Source of the DNA: Candidatus Parcubacteria bacterium
GTDB taxonomy: Bacteria > Patescibacteriota > Patescibacteriia > PEXW01
Length of the DNA: 64,000 bases
NCBI GenBank assembly: GCA_003597955.1
Contig: QZJU01000021.1
Location: 44,880 to 108,879 of the forward strand
Reading direction: 5' to 3'
Shown here: positions 58,253-64,000 of the stretch, in pieces
Numbering within the stretch: position 1 is the first letter of the stretch
How the letters are laid out: every line of letters begins with the position of its first letter
The notes under the pieces: generated by a model
The model's input: the letters and a program-made list of their open reading frames with translations, nothing else
Databases searched by the model: none
Told to the model about the DNA's origin: nothing
Position numbers and translations under genes: made by a program

Positions 58253-59170
58253 ATGAACGAGTTGGAATCGGCAATTTTAAAAACCCTGGTTTATTTTGAC
58301 ATTTTCGCCTACCCTTTAACGGCGTGGGAAATTTGGAAGTGGTTGTACGGTCAGAAAGCCGAATTCTTCGAAGTTGAAAAAGCTCTGCAAAACAGCCAGG
58401 CTTTGCGCGGCCAGCTTGAAATGACTTCGGGTTTTTACCATTTGGCGAGTCGGGGGGGGACGGTAAGGTCGCGTCAGGATAGGTACGAATTGGCTTTGCA
58501 GAAATTTCAAATCGCCCAACCTTTTATTAAAAAGTTGTCTCGTTTGCCTTACGTAAAATTCGTCGCCATTTGTAATTCATTAGGACTGTTTAACGCCCAA
58601 GGCCCCAGCGACATCGACCTTTTCATTGTGGTTAAGCCCGGTCACATTTGGACCGCGCGTTTGCTGGCCGCGGGTTATGCCAAACTCCGAAAATTGCGGC
58701 CGACCCAGAAATTCCGACAAAACAAATTTTGTCTGTCTTTTTACCTGACCGAAGATGCCTTGAATGTACAACCGTTGTTATTTCCCGTAGACCCGTATTT
58801 CGCATTTTGGTTAGCTACTTTGGTTCCCGTCTTTGACCCAGAAAAAATCCTGGAAAGACTCTACGCTTCGAATGCCTGGCTGTTCCAAATTTTGCCAAAC
58901 TTGCTGCCGCGCAACATCGCCCGCCAGCGCGAGATCGCTCGGTCTAACTTGCAAACCCTGGGCGAGAAGTTTTTTAACTTTGGTTTTTGGGAAAAACTTG
59001 CCGAAAAGCTTGAGCAGAAATGGCTGCCCTCCAACCTGAAAAAACTAGCGAATCTTGATTCGAGAGTCGTGCTAAACGACCAAGTGCTGAAATTTCACGA
59101 TAATGACCGACGCCAGGAATACGCCCGGCTTTTTCAAGCCAAACTTCAAACTTTGGGGCTGAATGTATGA
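58253..59170 (+). CDS. Hypothetical nucleotidyltransferase-fold protein.
   Basis: GPSDIDLFIVV resembles the NTase G[SG]...DxD motif. The gene overlaps the next gene by 4 nt. Confidence 0.45.
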   Translation: MNELESAILKTLVYFDIFAYPLTAWEIWKWLYGQKAEFFEVEKALQNSQALRGQLEMTSGFYHLASRGGTVRSRQDRYELALQKFQIAQPFIKKLSRLPYVKFVAICNSLGLFNAQGPSDIDLFIVVKPGHIWTARLLAAGYAKLRKLRPTQKFRQNKFCLSFYLTEDALNVQPLLFPVDPYFAFWLATLVPVFDPEKILERLYASNAWLFQILPNLLPRNIARQREIARSNLQTLGEKFFNFGFWEKLAEKLEQKWLPSNLKKLANLDSRVVLNDQVLKFHDNDRRQEYARLFQAKLQTLGLNV

Positions 59171-60549
59171 CAAAGCCTGAAAAATGGTTGAATTGGGCAT
59201 TAGCTGCATATGCGTTTTTATTGCCCTGGCAGACTCGCTTGCTTGTGGATTTTTCCAGCCTAGGCGGAAAAATTTCCGAATACGCAAGCTTTAGTATTTA
59301 CGCCACGGATTTTCTGCTTTTGGGGATTTTCTTGGCCAGCTTGCTGGCGCCGGGCGTCTATACCGTGGGTAATAAAAAGCTGGGCTTTGGCATGCTGGCG
59401 TTTTATATCGTGGTTCTGGGTTCAATGCTTTCGGCCAACCGAGTTGAGGTGTCGATTTTTAGCCTGCGCAATTTACTACTCATCGGCATGCTGTATTTGC
59501 TGATTCAGCAAAAATGGGCCCGGCGGGAATTTTTGCTAGCGGGTTTCTTGGCCGGGGGAGCGGGTCAAGCCTTATTTGCGATTGCGCAATTTATTTTTCA
59601 AACCTCGCCTGCGATGTCGTGGCTGGGTTTGGCTAGCCACGATCCAGCCCAGGCCGGCACTTCGGTGGTTGAAGCCGGGGGCATGCGCTGGTTAAGAGCT
59701 TATGGCAGCCTGCCACACCCCAACATTTTGGGGGGCTATCTGGCCGTCAGTCTGTTTATCGCTTTTGGTTTTTACCTTAAGCTCTATGAAAAAGTCAGGG
59801 CGGGTTTTGGGGTCTGGACTCGGGAAAATCTGAAACGCCATATTGAGGGCCGGCAGTGGTATTTCAAAATGTCGTGGCAGATAGCCATTTTGGTTTTGAC
59901 CTCGATGCTTTTAAGCCTGGGCCTGTTTTTAAGTTTTTCCCGGTCAGCCTGGCTGGGTTTTTCCATTGCCTGGCTGGCGATAATGGCGGTTCTAATTTTT
60001 AAAAGAATTCCTTGGGGCTGGGCTTTGTGGCTGAAATGGTCGGGCTTTATTTTGGCGGTTCTGGTGCTGGTTTTTGCGGTTCTGCCCCAAACTTTTTTAA
60101 CCCGATCTTCAACCCAAAGTCGTTTGGAAAATCAGTCGGTGACGACTCGCCAGGGCCTGTATCAAGACGCTTGGGCCTTGTTAAAACAAGCGCCTTTCCG
60201 GGGCGTGGGGTATGGCAACATGGTCGCGGCAGTTTATGACCAACTCGATTCTAACCGCGAAACCGTTCATGACTACCAGCCCGTGCACAATATTTATATT
60301 TTAAGCGCCGTGGAGCTGGGCATAATTGGCGGGCTGGTTTTTGTGATTTTTCTAATTCTGGTTTTACAAAAGGCTTTTCAAAATTTGCTTAAAGTCTTCA
60401 CGCCGGAAAAAACAGCGCTTTTTGGTATGCTGGTTTGTTTACTGGCTATCGGGTTTTTTGATCATTATTTTTGGACTTTAAGCGCGGGCGTGAGTCTGTT
60501 GTGGTTTTGTATTGCTATAATCAGCAACGACGTTTCCGAAAGACAATAG
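59167..60549 (+). CDS. O-antigen ligase (Wzy_C / WaaL-like) family membrane protein.
   Basis: Ten or more TM helices and a periplasmic loop with SRSAWLG. Confidence 0.65.
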   Translation: MTKPEKWLNWALAAYAFLLPWQTRLLVDFSSLGGKISEYASFSIYATDFLLLGIFLASLLAPGVYTVGNKKLGFGMLAFYIVVLGSMLSANRVEVSIFSLRNLLLIGMLYLLIQQKWARREFLLAGFLAGGAGQALFAIAQFIFQTSPAMSWLGLASHDPAQAGTSVVEAGGMRWLRAYGSLPHPNILGGYLAVSLFIAFGFYLKLYEKVRAGFGVWTRENLKRHIEGRQWYFKMSWQIAILVLTSMLLSLGLFLSFSRSAWLGFSIAWLAIMAVLIFKRIPWGWALWLKWSGFILAVLVLVFAVLPQTFLTRSSTQSRLENQSVTTRQGLYQDAWALLKQAPFRGVGYGNMVAAVYDQLDSNRETVHDYQPVHNIYILSAVELGIIGGLVFVIFLILVLQKAFQNLLKVFTPEKTALFGMLVCLLAIGFFDHYFWTLSAGVSLLWFCIAIISNDVSERQ

Positions 60550-60576
60550 GCTTTTAAAGACCCGATTTTCGCCCTC

Positions 60577-60605
60577 TTGACGGCTTTTTTCAGCTTGTTT
60601 AATAT
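60577..60605 (+). promoter_or_regulatory. Candidate sigma-70-type promoter of groESL.
   Basis: TTGACG, 17-nt spacer, TAATAT. Confidence 0.5.
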
Positions 60606-60621
60606 AGTTCTGCGGGATAAA

Positions 60622-60648
60622 TTAGCACTCTTTAATTGAAAGTGCTAA
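60622..60648 (+). promoter_or_regulatory. CIRCE (HrcA operator).
   Basis: TTAGCACTC-N9-AAGTGCTAA, one mismatch to the consensus TTAGCACTC-N9-GAGTGCTAA. Confidence 0.8.
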
Positions 60649-60697
60649 ATTATCATCAATGCTTAGATTTTTTAATTAAATTAACCTTTAATAAAAT

Positions 60698-60976
60698 ATG
60701 CAGCTCAAACCCCTGGGCGATAGAATTGTGGTCAAGCCCGCCACACAAGAAGAAGTCACTAAGTCCGGCATTGTTTTGCCAGACACCGTGGACAAAGAAA
60801 AAAAAGAGCAAGGCGAAGTTATTGCCATTGGCTCTGGCGAAAAAATCCAGAAGCTTGGGCTAAAAACCGGCGATCTGGTTTTATTCGGCAAATACTCCGG
60901 CGACGAAGTCAAAGTTGAAAACGAGGAGTACAAAATCCTCAAAGACGAGGATATTTTAGCGATTTTAGAAAAGTAA
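60698..60976 (+). CDS. groES: Co-chaperonin GroES.
   Basis: Canonical GroES (LKPLGDRIVVK...). Confidence 0.95.
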   Translation: MQLKPLGDRIVVKPATQEEVTKSGIVLPDTVDKEKKEQGEVIAIGSGEKIQKLGLKTGDLVLFGKYSGDEVKVENEEYKILKDEDILAILEK

Positions 60977-60980
60977 TTAA

Positions 60981-62642
<1,662 letters not shown>

Positions 62643-62786
62643 AAGATTCAGAAGAGGAACCCCTAGGGGTTCCTCTTCTGTGCATCTCCTCCTCTTCTGG
62701 TGTCGCGTCGTCAGGGCTCGGTTTGGGTACCCACGAGACCCTAAACCTCGCCCTTCCTTGCGACAGTTTAAAGAAAAATTATAAAA

Positions 62787-62815
62787 CCCGTCAGTTTACC
62801 TGGCGGGTTTTTGGA
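62787..62815 (+). terminator. Intrinsic terminator downstream of groEL.
   Basis: CCCGTCAG-tttac-CTGGCGGG followed by TTTTTGG. An additional hairpin AGAGGAACCCC/GGGGTTCCTCT lies at 62654-62680. Confidence 0.6.
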
Positions 62816-62832
62816 TTTTAGGAAATGAGCTT

Positions 62833-63390
62833 TTAGATTGTGGTTGAAGGGTTTCTTAAGATCTCAATGGCGTTTTCAAGAATTTGCCAGAGCTGATCTG
62901 GCATGGGAATTTTGTGGCTGCAGGTTTGCAGAGGGAGGGTCAAGAATTTAAAGATCCGCTTTTGGGAAAACTGGTGGGTTTGTTCAAATTCCTTCGGCGC
63001 AATTCGGCTGATGCACACTCGGGTTTTGTGGCACAGCGGGCAGAAATTGGCGAAAATTTTACTTTGGCCCTTAACCAAACCCACGTAAATTACCAGCCTT
63101 TGATTCTTTAGCGGATTGAGGACGACATATTCCTCCAAATGCATTTTAACGGCATAGCCAAGCCAGCGCAGCTGCTCTTCGACGGCATCCTGCCAGCACG
63201 CGTAAGCTTGCGGGTTGTTGGGAAAATTTTTTACCAGCCAGGCTTTTGACATCGTGGCCAAAAGCTGCGGCTCATTCAGAATGCTCTGAATGTGAGTGCT
63301 TGCCAGAATTTCCAAAGCGGTTTTAAAGTCTTTGCCGCCATGGCTGATGGGGATCCTGGCCTGACCACCAAAAAAGTTTTCCTCCATTTT
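62833..63390 (-). CDS. Hypothetical protein.
   Basis: ORF of about 185 aa from MEENFFGG. No confident family assignment. Confidence 0.45.
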   Translation of the reverse strand, partial: KMEENFFGGQARIPISHGGKDFKTALEILASTHIQSILNEPQLLATMSKAWLVKNFPNNPQAYACWQDAVEEQLRWLGYAVKMHLEEYVVLNPLKNQRLVIYVGLVKGQSKIFANFCPLCHKTRVCISRIAPKEFEQTHQFSQKRIFKFLTLPLQTCSHKIPMPDQLWQILENAIEILRNPSTTI

Positions 63391-63481
63391 TAATCTGACC
63401 TCCGAGTTGCTTTTAGGTGCATTGTTGAAGTTAGTTTTGATTTTCAAATTGGTATATTAGCAAATCCATGTCTTTTGTCAA

Positions 63482-63524
63482 CCCCGTACCACCCTGTACC
63501 ATTTCGGTGCAGGGTGGTACGGGG
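63482..63524. repeat. Perfect 15-bp-stem palindrome (GTACC family).
   Basis: CCCCGTACCACCCTG-taccatttcggtg-CAGGGTGGTACGGGG. Confidence 0.6.
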
Positions 63525-63533
63525 TCAAGCGAA

Positions 63534-63561
63534 TGTACATATTTTACAAGAGAGGTATAAT
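63534..63561 (+). promoter_or_regulatory. Candidate promoter with a perfect -10; probably yields a leaderless mRNA.
   Basis: TATAAT at 63556-63561 sits 8 nt before the ATG of the next gene. The -35 (TGTACA) is weak. Confidence 0.4.
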
Positions 63562-63569
63562 TTAAACAT

Positions 63570-63875
63570 ATGCAAGACCCAATTACTCAAAAAACCCAGA
63601 ATACGGGTTTTAACAACACCCGCAATTTGATAGCCGCCTTGGGCTATGTTTGGTTTGTGTGCGTGGTTATTTTGCTCTGGAAGCGGGATGACCCTTTCAT
63701 TGTGAATCACGCCAAAAACGGCACGGCCCTTTTCGTCCTTTCAATCTTGTGGTTTATTCCGATCTTGGGTTTTATAATCCTGATTTTTGAAGTTTACGGT
63801 TTGTATCAGGCTTTTGTGGGGAACCCCTACAAACTCCCGTTGATCGGAGATTGGCTGGAAAAATACAAGATATGA
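63570..63875 (+). CDS. Small integral membrane protein.
   Basis: Two TM helices. No ribosome-binding site (consistent with a leaderless transcript). Confidence 0.5.
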   Translation: MQDPITQKTQNTGFNNTRNLIAALGYVWFVCVVILLWKRDDPFIVNHAKNGTALFVLSILWFIPILGFIILIFEVYGLYQAFVGNPYKLPLIGDWLEKYKI

Positions 63876-64000
63876 TTGGGCGGGTTAAACCGCAGGGCGG
63901 CTAAGGAAACGCTTTCGTTTATTCAGAAATAATTTTGTCAAAAAGATGGACAAAAGTCGTTTTTTGTGTTAAAATTAGAATACATTTCTCGAATTTAAAA

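Noticed and set aside
62833-63447. A GalT/HIT-like assignment for the 204-aa - strand ORF
   Set aside because: It contains CPLCH and HIQ fragments, but the motifs are in the wrong order and context for GalT-like HIT proteins. It is left as hypothetical.

Overview
This 64 kb window reads as a chromosomal segment of a small-genome bacterium, about 50% GC. Gene content and leaderless-looking promoters suggest a Patescibacteria/CPR-type lineage, but that is inference and no search was run. Most of the window is housekeeping. On the + strand: a UvrD-family helicase 3' fragment, rarA, a Mur ligase (probably murE), rpoB-rpoC, ftsK, a RodZ-like gene, recA, uvrA, and groES-groEL with a CIRCE operator. 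On the - strand: the rpsF-ssb-rpsR operon, efp, ychF, folD, folC, an NlpC/P60 peptidase, glyA, rnj, secG, an OppA-like substrate-binding protein, uvrC, csrA, a tRNA-Leu(CAG) and three NUDIX paralogues.

Accessory and unusual content:
(1) A RAYT/IS200-like HuH-Y1 transposase gene (2975-3523) carries an in-frame, GTAG-bearing palindromic doublet that looks like a REPIN.
(2) Tandem TACGAAT heptamer clusters recur in five intergenic regions. They always sit just upstream of - strand genes: efp, a NUDIX gene, secG, and the divergent uvrC/uvrA pair.
(3) A low-GC cassette of about 5 kb (roughly 45.4-50.35 kb) encodes phage-like small proteins and a large serine recombinase. The recombinase ORF runs into the 3' end of tRNA-Leu, so this is probably an integrated element.
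(4) Two families of extragenic palindromes are present: a GTACC type (43045-43070 and 63482-63524) and a GC-rich CCGCGGCCGCGG-core type (25921-25956 and 38426-38497). One GTACC copy sits at a duplicated rnj 3' end.
(5) A radical SAM enzyme gene is paired divergently with an unknown gene across a 330-bp structured intergenic region.
(6) A 1390-aa secreted giant protein contains tandem Cys4 modules.
(7) An orphan ParB homologue carries a Cys4 insertion.

No CRISPR array or rRNA gene is present. Convergent gene pairs are mostly separated by clear bidirectional hairpin terminators.
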